DNA of 64,000 nucleotides, from assembly GCA_964575335.1 (NCBI GenBank), contig CAZNPU010000010.1, forward strand, positions 1,174 to 65,173, read 5' to 3'. How positions within the stretch are numbered: position 1 is the stretch's first letter; each line of letters opens with the position of its first letter. The stretch comes from an uncultured Isosphaeraceae bacterium (GTDB lineage: Bacteria > Planctomycetota > Phycisphaerae > Phycisphaerales > SM1A02). Below the pieces are notes generated by a model. It did not search any database, was not told the origin of the DNA, and saw only the letters and a program-made list of their open reading frames with translations. The translations under genes and the position numbers were made by a program. Below are positions 1 through 9,288 of this stretch, one piece after another.

Positions 1-635
1 GGCTGATGAGCGTTCATCGGTTGATCAGCAGCTGCAGCGCGAAAGCCATGGGCGACAATGAACATCTCCCGTGATTCGCTGCGCGACGCTTTGGGCTTGA
101 AGCCCTTGACGTTTTCGAACATCGTGCGGGTGCGGTTGAGCAGATCAGGATATGCCTGGCCTTCAAAGACCTTCATGACCAGGTTGCCGCCCTGGCGCAG
201 CAGAAGAGGGCAGCGATCCAGCAGCGAATCGCACAGCCGGACCGAGCGAAAATGATCGCCGGACGGATCGCCCGACGTTGCCGGCGCCATGTCTGAGAGC
301 ACGACATCAAATCGCTGCTCCGGCGTGGTGTTCGCCAGTGCAAGCAGCGCGTCGGCTGGGGTGGTGGTGAAATCGCCCTGCAATGTGCGAATGTTTGGTT
401 GGCTGAACTGATGCCGAAACGGTTGCAGGTCGATGCCGACAACCATTCCTTTGGGCCCGACGCGCTTCGACGCCACTTGGAGCCAGCTCCCTGGCGCTGC
501 GCCGCAATCGAGCACCCGATCACCTGGCCGCAGCACCTTGCGGCGATCATCGATCTCCAGCAGCTTGTACGCGGCGCGCGAGACATAGCCTTCGCGCTTG
601 GCCTGTTTGAAATAGTGGTCCTGCACTTCGCGCAT
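1..635 (-). CDS. rlmE: 23S rRNA (uridine-2'-O)-methyltransferase RlmE/FtsJ; the C-terminal end runs off the left edge
   Basis: Absent from the ORF track because no stop lies in the window. My own minus-strand translation from ATG (635-633) gives MREVQDHYFKQAKREGYVSRAAYKLLEIDDRRKVLRPGDRVLDCGAAPGSWLQVASKRVGPKGMVVGIDLQP...FDVVLSDMAPATSGD...GGNLVMKVFEG. This carries the FtsJ SAM-binding DxGAAPGxW and DVVLSDMAP motifs, and the frame is open to base 1. Confidence 0.85.
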   Translation of the reverse strand, partial: MREVQDHYFKQAKREGYVSRAAYKLLEIDDRRKVLRPGDRVLDCGAAPGSWLQVASKRVGPKGMVVGIDLQPFRHQFSQPNIRTLQGDFTTTPADALLALANTTPEQRFDVVLSDMAPATSGDPSGDHFRSVRLCDSLLDRCPLLLRQGGNLVMKVFEGQAYPDLLNRTRTMFENVKGFKPKASRSESREMFIVAHGFRAAAADQPMNAHQ

Positions 636-890
636 AATTGGATTGCTAACGATAGGCCCGCATGAGCGGCGCGGCTGGATTGCGCCGTGTTACGACAGGT
701 GATTTGTTTTGATTTGATCTGATCGGGACAGCCTGCTCGGACTGCGATCGTGCGTGGAGCGTAGATATTGCGGGTGCAGTGGGTCAGGTGCGCTTCGTGC
801 AGCAGCGGACAGTACGGGGCATTGCTGAAGGCGGCTGACGTGTCGCTCGCTAACGCGCAGTAATTGAGCGATCCGCATCACATCCTGGCT

Positions 891-920
891 TTAAAACGGA
901 TTTTCGGGAAAATCCGAAAT
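891..920 (-). terminator. Weak terminator-like hairpin downstream of the 1033..1353 gene
   Basis: Inverted repeat CGGATTTTC / GAAAATCCG (897-905 / 908-916). On the minus strand it is followed by TTTTAA. The stem is short and AT-rich, so support is weak. Confidence 0.3.
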
Positions 921-1032
921 AAAGTTCGGCGTGATATTGTTGCCTCAATGGGCATTGGCAGCTAGCTGCGTTTGATGGCGCTCAAGCGCTCAATGGGAAT
1001 GGATATGTTTCGCGAGCTGGGTCCAGTGGCGG

Positions 1033-1353
1033 TTACGCGTCAATTGGCTCAAGGCCGGGGAACGGATTAGTGAAGCCCGGAACCTCAGCGGGCGCAATGT
1101 ACTGGCTGCATTGTGCGAATCGCTGCCACAGTTCCTGCACGACGGGATTGCAGTGCGCTTCGTCGATTGCTTCCTGCGACTTCCATTCGAAAATTTCGAT
1201 CACTGTGCCATCTTCAGCTCGTGCGAAAACAGGCGCACGATCGGTGATCAATCCCTGAGATCGCAGGGTTGGCATGTGATCCTTCACGCAGGCAAGCAGG
1301 TCATTGTCCTGACCCGGTTTCGGACGATGAGCAGCAATGACGATAACGGGCAT
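1033..1353 (-). CDS. Small ABM/Dabb-like (ferredoxin-fold monooxygenase-like) protein
   Basis: 106-aa ORF MPVIVIAAHRPKPGQDNDLLACVKDHMPTLRSQGLITDRAPVFARAEDGTVIEIFEWKSQEAIDEAH... Size and pattern resemble the antibiotic-biosynthesis-monooxygenase family. Assigned by eye only. Confidence 0.45.
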   Translation of the reverse strand: MPVIVIAAHRPKPGQDNDLLACVKDHMPTLRSQGLITDRAPVFARAEDGTVIEIFEWKSQEAIDEAHCNPVVQELWQRFAQCSQYIAPAEVPGFTNPFPGLEPIDA

Positions 1354-1422
1354 GCACGCATTGTACGACCGTCAATGCAGCAGGCGCAGCGGTAAAAGCC
1401 AGTGACTGGCGTCACAGCAAGT

Positions 1423-3207
1423 TTACCACTCCGGTCCTCCCGTGTACCGGCCATAGACGTCCGCCATCGCCTGCACCATTTCGCCCAGCGTGCAATTCGC
1501 CAGTGCGCCGTCGATCAAAGCAGGCATGACGTTCTCATTGTTCCTCGCTGCGGATCGAATCGCATCCAGCGCTCGCTTGACGTCGTCGTTGTTTCGGCGT
1601 TTCTTGAACTCAGCCAGCCGCTCGCACTGCTCGGTTTCCACCTTGTGGTCGATCTGCAGAATCTCCACCTGCTTTTCTTCATTGCCTTCGGTGTACGCAT
1701 TCACGCCCACGACAATGCGGTCGCCCGCTTCCATCTCCTGACCGAAGCGATATGACGCTTCTGCGATCGCCCTGCGGAAGTAGCCCCGGTGAATGCCTTC
1801 CACCACGCCGCCCATATCGTCGATGGCCTTGATGATCTCGTTGGCGTCGGCTTCCATCTGATCGGTCAGCGCTTCGACATACCAGCTGCCGCCCAGCGGA
1901 TCGACGGTTCGATGCACGCCGGTCTCGTGCGCAAGAATCTGCTGCGTGCGCAGTGCGACACGCACGGCAGTTTCGGTCGGCAGGCCGAGCGTTTCATCCA
2001 TCGAGTCGGTATGCAGGCTCTGGCATCCGCCCAGCACGCCTGCCAGCGCCTGATAGGCCACGCGGATGATGTTGTTCAGCGGCTGCTGCTCGGTCAGTGA
2101 GCAACCTGCGGTCTGCACGTGCGTGCGCATCAGGTGCGAGCGAGGATTCTTCGCGCCGTAGCGCTCCTTCATGGCATGCGCCCAGATGCGGCGGGCGGCG
2201 CGGAGCTTGCAGATTTCCTCGAAGAACTCGTTGTGTGAGTTGAAGAAAAAGCTCAGGCGGGGCGCGAACGTATCCACATCAAGCCCGCGCTTGAGGCACC
2301 ACTCCACATACTCCATGCCGTCGCGCAGCGTGAAGGCCAGTTCCTGCGTTGCGGTGCTGCCTGCTTCGCGAATGTGATATCCGCTGATGGAAACGCTGTT
2401 CCACCGTGGCGTGTGCTGGGAAGCGAACTCGATCGTGTCCACCACCAGTTTGACGCTCGCTTCCGGCGGGTAGATGAATTCGTTCTGGGAGTGGAACTCC
2501 TTGAGGATGTCGTTTTGCAAGGTGCCGCCGAGCTTCGCCCAGTCGATGCCGCGCTGCTTGGCCATGGCGAGGTACATCGCCCAGATCACTGCCGCGGGGC
2601 CGTTGATGGTCTGGCTGACGGTGACTTCATCGATTGGAATGTCGGCATACAACCGATGCATATCTTCGATGGTGCAGACCGCCACGCCGCAGCGGCCGAC
2701 TTCGCCCGCGCTGAGCGGATCATCGCTGTCACGGCCCATGAGCGTGGGCAGATCAAACGCGGTTGAAAGTCCGGTATTAGCCTTTGTGCCCCTGGCGTTT
2801 TCAAGCAGGTACTTGAAGCGTTTGTTGGTGTCGTCAGCCGAGCCGAAGCCGGCGAACTGTCGCATGGTCCAGAGCCGGCTGCGGTACATCGTCTTGTGAA
2901 TGCCGCGTGTGAATGGAAACTCGCCCGGCCGACCGATGCGCGGATGGACCTTGGTCGGATCATTCGGATCAGTCGTCTGCGCATGTTCCGGGGTGTAGAG
3001 TTCATCCACCACGTAGCCGGAAATCGTTACGGTTTCCGGGTCAGGCCGAGAGGGCGAGACCTTGGTGGCGGGAACGGAAGGCGCGGCTGAATCGGACGTT
3101 GTCTGCTGATTCTGGAGCGTGCTCATAGCCATATCGTAGCACGCTTGACGAATCAGCCGAAGCGGCTGGCGTCCTGAATCGGGCTGGTCGGCCTGATCGA
3201 TCATCAA
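1423..3207 (-). CDS. Acyl-CoA mutase catalytic chain (methylmalonyl-/isobutyryl-CoA mutase family), without a fused cobalamin-binding domain
   Basis: The ORF contains [59 protein letters not shown] and [10 protein letters not shown], typical of the mutase TIM-barrel chain. It ends ...[12 protein letters not shown] with no DxHxxG B12 domain. The start is uncertain: ATG at 3207 abuts a hairpin, and ATG at 3132 (MAMSTLQ) is an alternative. Confidence 0.85.
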   Translation of the reverse strand: MMIDQADQPDSGRQPLRLIRQACYDMAMSTLQNQQTTSDSAAPSVPATKVSPSRPDPETVTISGYVVDELYTPEHAQTTDPNDPTKVHPRIGRPGEFPFTRGIHKTMYRSRLWTMRQFAGFGSADDTNKRFKYLLENARGTKANTGLSTAFDLPTLMGRDSDDPLSAGEVGRCGVAVCTIEDMHRLYADIPIDEVTVSQTINGPAAVIWAMYLAMAKQRGIDWAKLGGTLQNDILKEFHSQNEFIYPPEASVKLVVDTIEFASQHTPRWNSVSISGYHIREAGSTATQELAFTLRDGMEYVEWCLKRGLDVDTFAPRLSFFFNSHNEFFEEICKLRAARRIWAHAMKERYGAKNPRSHLMRTHVQTAGCSLTEQQPLNNIIRVAYQALAGVLGGCQSLHTDSMDETLGLPTETAVRVALRTQQILAHETGVHRTVDPLGGSWYVEALTDQMEADANEIIKAIDDMGGVVEGIHRGYFRRAIAEASYRFGQEMEAGDRIVVGVNAYTEGNEEKQVEILQIDHKVETEQCERLAEFKKRRNNDDVKRALDAIRSAARNNENVMPALIDGALANCTLGEMVQAMADVYGRYTGGPEW

Positions 3208-3210
3208 AGA

Positions 3211-3236
3211 CAGCCCAGGCTGCGCAGCCTGGGCTG
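3211..3236 (-). terminator. Perfect palindromic GC-rich hairpin between the lipoprotein gene and the mutase gene
   Basis: CAGCCCAGGCTG CG CAGCCTGGGCTG (3211-3236) has 12-nt arms that are exact reverse complements. It lies 45 nt downstream of the 3281 stop on the minus strand. The tail (TCTTTGATGA) is only moderately T-rich. Confidence 0.4.
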
Positions 3237-3280
3237 TGTGCGTTGTCGTATCACGTGAGCACGTCGAGCGCTCAAGTCAC

Positions 3281-3781
3281 TTAGTTGTCGTACATTTCAA
3301 CGACGCTGTCAGCAGGCATCGGACCGCCCTCAGGCGTCCACCATGAAGGACGATCAGCGACCTCGTCGGTCCTGAGCATGCGCCGAGGCGAACCGGCAGC
3401 GTACTTCACGTCCTGTCGCACCTGCACTTCAATGATGCGGCTGGCGGCGTTGGGAACGGTGATCGAGTTGCGGAGCCGGCCGAAACGGGTGCCCGCATCC
3501 CAGATTTCGTATCGAAGCAGATCGGGGGTATTCACGGGGTCATCGCCCATGCCCTCATCGAAATCCATTGTGAGCTGCTTCCCAACCGGGATGTCGATCG
3601 AAAACACCGGCTCACCGGAGCGGGTGTCGATCACCGTGACGGTTTTCTGCATCCGCTCGGTGGAAACGTACGTGTGCGACCCGCCGGTATGAGACATGAA
3701 CCCGCCGCTGGGGGAGTGGCAGGCGGTCATCGCCGTTGTGGCGGCCAGGGCAATCATCAACATGCAGGCGTTCTTCAACAT
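3281..3781 (-). CDS. Hypothetical lipoprotein
   Basis: An internal ATG at 3781 is preceded by GAGGAG 6 nt upstream. MLKNACMLMIALAATTAMTAC is a signal peptide with a lipobox-like MTAC. I recognise no family for the mature part. Confidence 0.6.
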   Translation of the reverse strand: MLKNACMLMIALAATTAMTACHSPSGGFMSHTGGSHTYVSTERMQKTVTVIDTRSGEPVFSIDIPVGKQLTMDFDEGMGDDPVNTPDLLRYEIWDAGTRFGRLRNSITVPNAASRIIEVQVRQDVKYAAGSPRRMLRTDEVADRPSWWTPEGGPMPADSVVEMYDN

Positions 3782-4069
3782 GAATAGCTCCTCGTCATCT
3801 TGCTGCCGCTGCCGCTTCCTCGGCGATGCGGCATGCTCCGAACAGCGCAATCGCAATAATGCTGGCAGGCGGTTTGCGCCCACAGGGTACCGTGGCGAGC
3901 CGAACCGGGCTACCTCTGTGTTCCGCTGCGAGGTCTTATCGGCCGGTCTGACGCATAAGTCCGGTGAAATCCTGATCTCTTGCCGATCTTTGGAAGCATA
4001 AGTCCGAGAACATATCAGACAGTCAACAACAAAGCGATCCAATGACGCAGGATCGGATTCGGATAGAGT

Positions 4070-4609
4070 GTGATCATGTCGGAAACTTGCCTGTCAGTTC
4101 CTCCCTTTCGCATCGGCCACGGCTACGACCTGCATCGCCTGGAACCGCGCCCGCCGCAGGGAAACGGTCGCGTGCTGGTGCTGGGCGGCGTTCGGTTTGA
4201 GGATCACGCGATGGGGCCGATCAGCCACAGCGATGGCGATGCGGTCTATCACGCTGTCACCGATGCGGTGCTCGGAGCGCTGGGGCTACCGGACATCGGC
4301 CAGCTCTTTCCCGATACCGATCCCCAATATGACGCGATGGACTCGTCGGTTTTTCTTCGCGAAGCGGCCAATCGCATGAAAGCTCATGGCTACGTGCTGG
4401 GCAATCTCGATGTCACCGTGATCTGCGAGCGGCCGAAGCTCGCAGCCCACAAGCACGCCATGATCGAGAACCTCGCTCAACTGCTGGAATGCGATCGCAG
4501 CCAGGTGAATCTCAAGGGCAAGACGCACGAAAAGGTGGACGCGGTCGGCGAAGGCCGTGCGGTGGAAACCCATGCCGTCGCGCTGCTGGTGAAGCGATCG
4601 GATAAGTGA
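4070..4609 (+). CDS. ispF: 2-C-methyl-D-erythritol 2,4-cyclodiphosphate synthase
   Basis: FRIGHGYDLHRL...GHSDGDAVYHAVTDAVLGALGLPDIGQLFPDTDPQY... are canonical IspF motifs. The start may be the ATG at 4076. Confidence 0.95.
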   Translation: MIMSETCLSVPPFRIGHGYDLHRLEPRPPQGNGRVLVLGGVRFEDHAMGPISHSDGDAVYHAVTDAVLGALGLPDIGQLFPDTDPQYDAMDSSVFLREAANRMKAHGYVLGNLDVTVICERPKLAAHKHAMIENLAQLLECDRSQVNLKGKTHEKVDAVGEGRAVETHAVALLVKRSDK

Positions 4610-4739
4610 ATAGTGAGCGCATTTCTTGTTGCTGCATCGCGTAGCGGGGTGCGATCGCGTTGCGATTCTGGGACTGGCGTTGTCGGCAGATGTTGGTCAA
4701 TTGAAAAAGAGAGCGCTTGAACGAGTTACACTCTGACCT

Positions 4740-5261
4740 ATGGCTCAATTCACTTATCTCTGGCAGGCTGCTGCAGCGTTGGCGGCTCGGGCACATCGGT
4801 CGCAGCTTCGCAAGGACAGGGAAACGCCGTATATCGCTCATCCGATGCGCGTTGCGCTGACGGTGGCGAACGTGTTTGGCGTGACGGATGACGTTACGCT
4901 TGCTGCGGCGCTCCTGCACGACACCATTGAGGACACCGATATCGATTACGACGACATTGCTGAAGCATGCAATCGCGAAGTGGCGGACATTGTTGCAGCG
5001 CTGACCAAAGACGCGCGCATGGACGAGCCGCAGCGCGAACAGGCGTACGATGAGCAGCTTGCCCGCGGCCCGTGGCAGGCGCGGCTGATCAAGCTTGCTG
5101 ATGTGTACGACAACCTGCAGGACACCTACAGCGACAAATCTACCGCCCGCCAGCTCGACAAAGCCCGCCGCGCGCTGAAACTGGCTGAGGGCGATGATCG
5201 CCTTGCTGCAGCACGGGAAATCGTGGCGAAAGTCGTTGATGCGCTCACGCCAGCCGGCTGA
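4740..5261 (+). CDS. HD-domain-only RelA/SpoT-homologue hydrolase (small alarmone hydrolase-like)
   Basis: YIAHPMRVALTVANVFGVTDDVTLAAALLHDTIEDTDIDYDDIAEACNREVADIVAALTKD matches the SpoT/Mesh1 HD (H...HD...ED) hydrolase signature. At 173 aa there is no synthetase domain. Confidence 0.75.
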   Translation: MAQFTYLWQAAAALAARAHRSQLRKDRETPYIAHPMRVALTVANVFGVTDDVTLAAALLHDTIEDTDIDYDDIAEACNREVADIVAALTKDARMDEPQREQAYDEQLARGPWQARLIKLADVYDNLQDTYSDKSTARQLDKARRALKLAEGDDRLAAAREIVAKVVDALTPAG

Positions 5262-5417
5262 GAGCGGGAAGTGTTCGGTCACGATCACCGCAGCGATGAG
5301 GCGGTACGCCCGATTATCGAAACCGCACTCTGTCGGAACATCCCGCCCGCGATTGTGTCCTACCATCGGTGGTTGGTTCGCTTGCTTGCCGCCTGTTCAT
5401 TGGCTTTGGAAAACGCC

Positions 5418-6338
5418 ATGATGATGATGCTTGTACATATGTTTTCTGCTTTGCTGATACTGGCCGCCTGGCCGCTTCAAACGAACCTGCACGCAGCGAC
5501 GTTGCCGCTGCTTGCGATGGACGAAGCTGAAGCTGCAGCCCAGCCGCCTGCCGCGACGCAGCCTGACAGCGCTGTTGAGCAGAAGCAGCCAGAGGAGAAT
5601 CAGCAGCCGCAGCAGTCTGTCGCAGCCGATCCGGTGTATGACCTGCTGGGCCGGCTTGAGCGCAGCGCCAAGGACCTTCATGCGTTTACCGCGAAGATCG
5701 CATTCGAGAAGGAGGACGGTCTCGTCGGGCGAACCGAGCTGCGCACCGGCGAACTGATCTACCGTCTCGATCAGGACACGCAGGAAAAGAGCTTCGCGAT
5801 CCTGCTGGATGCGGTGATCATCAACAATGTTCGTCGACCGAGCGAGAAGAATTACATCTTCAACGGCCGGTGGCTGGTGGAAGTGGATCCGAGTCAGCGG
5901 CAGTTCATCAAGCGTGAGGTTGTGCCGCCGGGTCAGCAGCTTGATCCGCTGAAGCTTGGCGAAGGTCCGTTCCCATTACCGATCGGTCAACCCAGAGATG
6001 AGGTACTGGCGCGGTTTGATGTTTCGCCTGCAACATTGCCTGCAACCGGCATGCTGCAGCATCTTGAAAATGTCGAGGGTCTGCTGCTGGTGCCCAAGCC
6101 GGGCACGCAGGAAGCCCGCGAATATGAGCGTGTTGAGCTGTTTTATGATCGCGACACGCTGCTGCCGGTGGGAATCAACGCCGTTGAGGTGCGAGGCAAT
6201 CGCCAGACGGTGCGTTTGAGCGATATCAAGCGCAATCCCGCGCTCGACGAAGCGACTCTCGCCAAACTCGACATTCGTGAACCCGATCCGCGAGAATGGC
6301 GCATCGACGTGCGGCCGTGGCAGGCTCCGCAGGAGTGA
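5418..6338 (+). CDS. Secreted hypothetical protein, possibly LolA-like fold
   Basis: The ATG at 5418 gives MMMMLVHMFSALLILAAWPLQTNLHAA (signal peptide), then a Q/P/E-rich linker and a beta-rich domain. The LolA-like assignment is a weak pattern impression. The CDS itself looks real. Confidence 0.45.
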   Translation: MMMMLVHMFSALLILAAWPLQTNLHAATLPLLAMDEAEAAAQPPAATQPDSAVEQKQPEENQQPQQSVAADPVYDLLGRLERSAKDLHAFTAKIAFEKEDGLVGRTELRTGELIYRLDQDTQEKSFAILLDAVIINNVRRPSEKNYIFNGRWLVEVDPSQRQFIKREVVPPGQQLDPLKLGEGPFPLPIGQPRDEVLARFDVSPATLPATGMLQHLENVEGLLLVPKPGTQEAREYERVELFYDRDTLLPVGINAVEVRGNRQTVRLSDIKRNPALDEATLAKLDIREPDPREWRIDVRPWQAPQE

Positions 6339-6360
6339 CCGCAGTCATCCGCTTGCTGCG

Positions 6361-7305
6361 CTATCGATGTGGCGTTGCTGCTTCCATCGCGTTGACGCCC
6401 GCGACTGCCGCATCGGGCACAGCAGCGAGAAGCGCTTTGGTATAGGCATGTTGCGGATCATTGATGATCTGATCCGCCGATCCCTGTTCGACGATCGTGC
6501 CGCTATGCATCACAGCAATGCGATTGCAGATGTGATGAACCACCGCCATGTCGTGGCTGATGAACAGGTACGACAGGTTGAACTCGTCCTGCAGGTCTTT
6601 GAGCAGGTTGAGGATTTGGGATTGGATGGATACATCAAGCGCCGAGGTCGGTTCATCGCAGACGATCAGCGCCGGTTTGAGTGCAAGCGCCCGGGCGATG
6701 CCGATGCGTTGGCGCTGCCCGCCGGAAAATTCATGCGGGTAGCGGTCAGCCGCTTCGGGCCATAAACCGCAGCGCACCAGCAAATCTTCAACCTTGCGTC
6801 GCAGCGCATCACCTTTTTTGGCCATGCCGTGCACCAGCAGCGGTTCGCCGACGATCTGCCCCACGCGCATGCGCGGATTCAGCGAACCGGCGGGGCCCTG
6901 AAAGATGATCTGCATGCGCTGTCGAAGTTGACGAAGCTCCTGCGCGCCCAGCGCAAAGACATCCTGACGATCGAAAACAACCCTGCCGCTGGTTGCGGGA
7001 ATCAGGCGCAAAATCGCCCGCCCGACGGTGGTCTTGCCGCAGCCGGATTCGCCCACCAGCCCGAGCGTTTCGCCACGGTTGATGTGAAAGCTTACACCGT
7101 TCACCGCCCGCACGTGATCGACAACGCGCTGCAGCACGCCGCGCCGCACCGGGAAATGCACGTGAAGATCATGCACCGAAAGCAGCGGGGAGGAGGCGGG
7201 AGAAGCAGCAGCAACAGCAGGGGCGGACGACGGATGCCTGTTGCTCTCAGTGGCAGCGGGATCGGGCAGCATACTGCGGAGCATCCTACCGCACTTTGCT
7301 CGCAA
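6361..7305 (-). CDS. ABC transporter ATP-binding protein, oligopeptide/dipeptide OppF/DppF type
   Basis: Walker [10 protein letters not shown], signature [15 protein letters not shown], Walker [13 protein letters not shown], and the OppF-type C-terminal [14 protein letters not shown]. It has a roughly 45-aa Ala/Ser/Pro-rich N-terminal extension. Alternative starts lie at 7284 and 7272. Confidence 0.85.
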   Translation of the reverse strand: MRAKCGRMLRSMLPDPAATESNRHPSSAPAVAAASPASSPLLSVHDLHVHFPVRRGVLQRVVDHVRAVNGVSFHINRGETLGLVGESGCGKTTVGRAILRLIPATSGRVVFDRQDVFALGAQELRQLRQRMQIIFQGPAGSLNPRMRVGQIVGEPLLVHGMAKKGDALRRKVEDLLVRCGLWPEAADRYPHEFSGGQRQRIGIARALALKPALIVCDEPTSALDVSIQSQILNLLKDLQDEFNLSYLFISHDMAVVHHICNRIAVMHSGTIVEQGSADQIINDPQHAYTKALLAAVPDAAVAGVNAMEAATPHR

Positions 7306-7361
7306 GCAAGGCAGATGTCATCTGCACACGCCGCCATAGTGCAATTGCATGGCGTTACTGC

Positions 7362-8852
7362 TTACTGCAGTCGCAGCGAGCCGAGAACCTGTCGGCCATG
7401 CGGGTCGATCATCATGGTGCGAACGCCGCCGGGAACAGCAAGGTTGTAGTCACGCAGGACGTTGATGAACTCTTCCACGTTGCGTACAGGCTTATCCATC
7501 ACCTCAACGATGACCGTGCCCGGCTCGATGCGTCGGGCGAAAAAGGTGTTGGGCGTCGTCTCCAGAATCATCACGCCGGGCGTGAACGTCTGTGCGCCAT
7601 GTTGCTGAGCCAGTTCGGGGGTATTGGTCGCCATGCGCTTGATGCCGATCTGCGGGATTCCCTCATGGCTTTGGCTGGGCGGTATGCGGCCGGTTGCAGC
7701 GAGCATGTCAAGCTCGTCCAGCATGATCTCCAGCTCGACGATGCCGCCGCTTTTTTGCTCGTGATCGTAACGCCAGATGCGCAGCACCACCGTCTCGCCC
7801 GGCAAGATTGACGAGATGGTGGAGCGCAACTGTTCGCGTGACGCCACCGGCCGATCGCCCACGTGCGTGATGATGTCGCCTATGCGCATGCCGCTGCGGG
7901 CAGCAGGGCCGTCCGGCGGGACCATCGCAGCAAGCACGCCGCTGCCGATGTAGCCCAGTTCGCGTGCGATCTCTGCGGTCAGCTCCTCCGGCAACACGCC
8001 CAGGTATCCCTTGGTCACATACCCGTTCTCAATCAGTTGCGTCACGACCGGCCGGATCATGTCGATCGGAATCGCCAGGCCGATGCCTGCAAACTGGCCT
8101 TCTTCAAATGAATGCCGCGATCGTCCCGTGGCAATGGCGGTGTTCATGCCGATGACGTGTCCGCGATGATCGGTCAGCGGCCCGCCGGAGTTGCCCGGAT
8201 TGATCGCTGCATCAACCTGAATGAAATTTTCGTACCCGGTGCGGTTGCCCAGTTCGTCGCGAATGACGCCGACTGACCGGCCCTTGCCCGAGACGACCCC
8301 CGAAGACATGGAAAAGCGAAAGTCAAACGGCGATCCGAACGCAAAGACCATATCGCCCTGCTTCACCGTCGCGTCGGTTTCCGCGATCGTCGCCGGGTGC
8401 AGCCGTTCGGGATCCACTTTGATCACCGCAATATCGGTGGTGAAATCCGAGCCGACCATCACCGCGTCGCGCAGCTCGCCGTTATACATCTGCACCTGAA
8501 TGCGCACAGCGTTTTGCACCACATGGTGATTGGTCACAATGTGGCCCTGATCGTCATACACCCATCCCGAGCCGGTTGAAAGCCCCATGCGCTGATTGCC
8601 CAGGGCGTCAAGTTCGGTGTAATGAGCGCTGACATGCACAACGCTTGGTTCAACGAGCGTAGCGATATCGCGGTAGGCCTCGTTGAGGCGAGCGAGAATG
8701 TCGTTGTTGTCGAGGTTGTGCCGGGCCTGAACGATTCGAGCGCGGGTCTGCTCATAGGTGAGTTGCTTGACCGCCTGAGGTCCGGCCAGCAAAACGACAG
8801 CGGCTGTGACGAGCACGATCAGACTAGGCCCATAACCGCTGAGCTTGCGCAT
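7362..8852 (-). CDS. htrA: HtrA/DegP-family periplasmic serine endoprotease with PDZ domains
   Basis: N-terminal TM/signal segment, catalytic triad contexts TNHHVV, DIAVIKV and GNSGGPL, then PDZ-like segments. An SD (GAAGGAAGG) lies upstream of the ATG at 8852. Confidence 0.9.
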   Translation of the reverse strand: MRKLSGYGPSLIVLVTAAVVLLAGPQAVKQLTYEQTRARIVQARHNLDNNDILARLNEAYRDIATLVEPSVVHVSAHYTELDALGNQRMGLSTGSGWVYDDQGHIVTNHHVVQNAVRIQVQMYNGELRDAVMVGSDFTTDIAVIKVDPERLHPATIAETDATVKQGDMVFAFGSPFDFRFSMSSGVVSGKGRSVGVIRDELGNRTGYENFIQVDAAINPGNSGGPLTDHRGHVIGMNTAIATGRSRHSFEEGQFAGIGLAIPIDMIRPVVTQLIENGYVTKGYLGVLPEELTAEIARELGYIGSGVLAAMVPPDGPAARSGMRIGDIITHVGDRPVASREQLRSTISSILPGETVVLRIWRYDHEQKSGGIVELEIMLDELDMLAATGRIPPSQSHEGIPQIGIKRMATNTPELAQQHGAQTFTPGVMILETTPNTFFARRIEPGTVIVEVMDKPVRNVEEFINVLRDYNLAVPGGVRTMMIDPHGRQVLGSLRLQ

Positions 8853-9288
8853 AATTCAGCCTTCCTTCAGGACCAACCCACACCGACTGCCGTTGTATTC
8901 GGCATTTCCGGCAGCGGGTTGCAGCACTTGGGCTGTTTCCGGCGAGGTTTCGACCATTGCCATAGGCAGCATCTCGTCTCGTATGGCTCGCAAAACGAAC
9001 GAGCCGGAGGACTTTGGGCAGCCTGCCCTGACTGACTGTAGGCCCGGCTCCGGGCCGCGGCTGTCTGCAACGTATAGCCAACAGGCATTCGGGATCGGGC
9101 GGCTCGGCGGTGAGCCAGCGTCGTGTCTGCCCATGCCGGTCCAGCACGTCGCCATGACCTGCGTGCAGCACCAGTGTACATGACAAGACGCTGCCTGCGC
9201 ATCGCTGCTGGCATTTGTGCTGCCCAGGTTGCCCATGCGTTTATGCCGGTTGGACTCCGGGAGTCAAAATAAAGACTATCGTTGAACA

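Noticed and set aside
690-881. 63-aa ORF whose N-terminus (MMRIAQLLRVSERHVSRLQQ) looks like a helix-turn-helix
   Set aside because: Only ~20 residues look HTH-like. The rest (..SAPDPLHPQYLRSTHDRSPSRLSRSDQ..) is low-complexity. There is no SD, and it lies in an intergenic region where chance ORFs are expected.
3208-3280. Possible cobalamin riboswitch upstream of the acyl-CoA mutase
   Set aside because: The region is only ~70 nt and consists essentially of one perfect palindrome. It has no B12-box-like sequence and is better explained as the terminator of the upstream lipoprotein gene.
4512-5366. 284-aa minus-strand ORF overlapping the ispF end and the HD hydrolase gene. Similar antisense ORFs occur at 11749-12558, 15773-16525, 17824-18468, 24967-25605, 26227-26967, 30894-31616, 38178-38804, 43115-43879 and 47725-48457.
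   Set aside because: Each is fully antisense to a gene with clear family motifs and shows the Arg/Ala/His/Cys-rich composition of GC-rich shadow frames.
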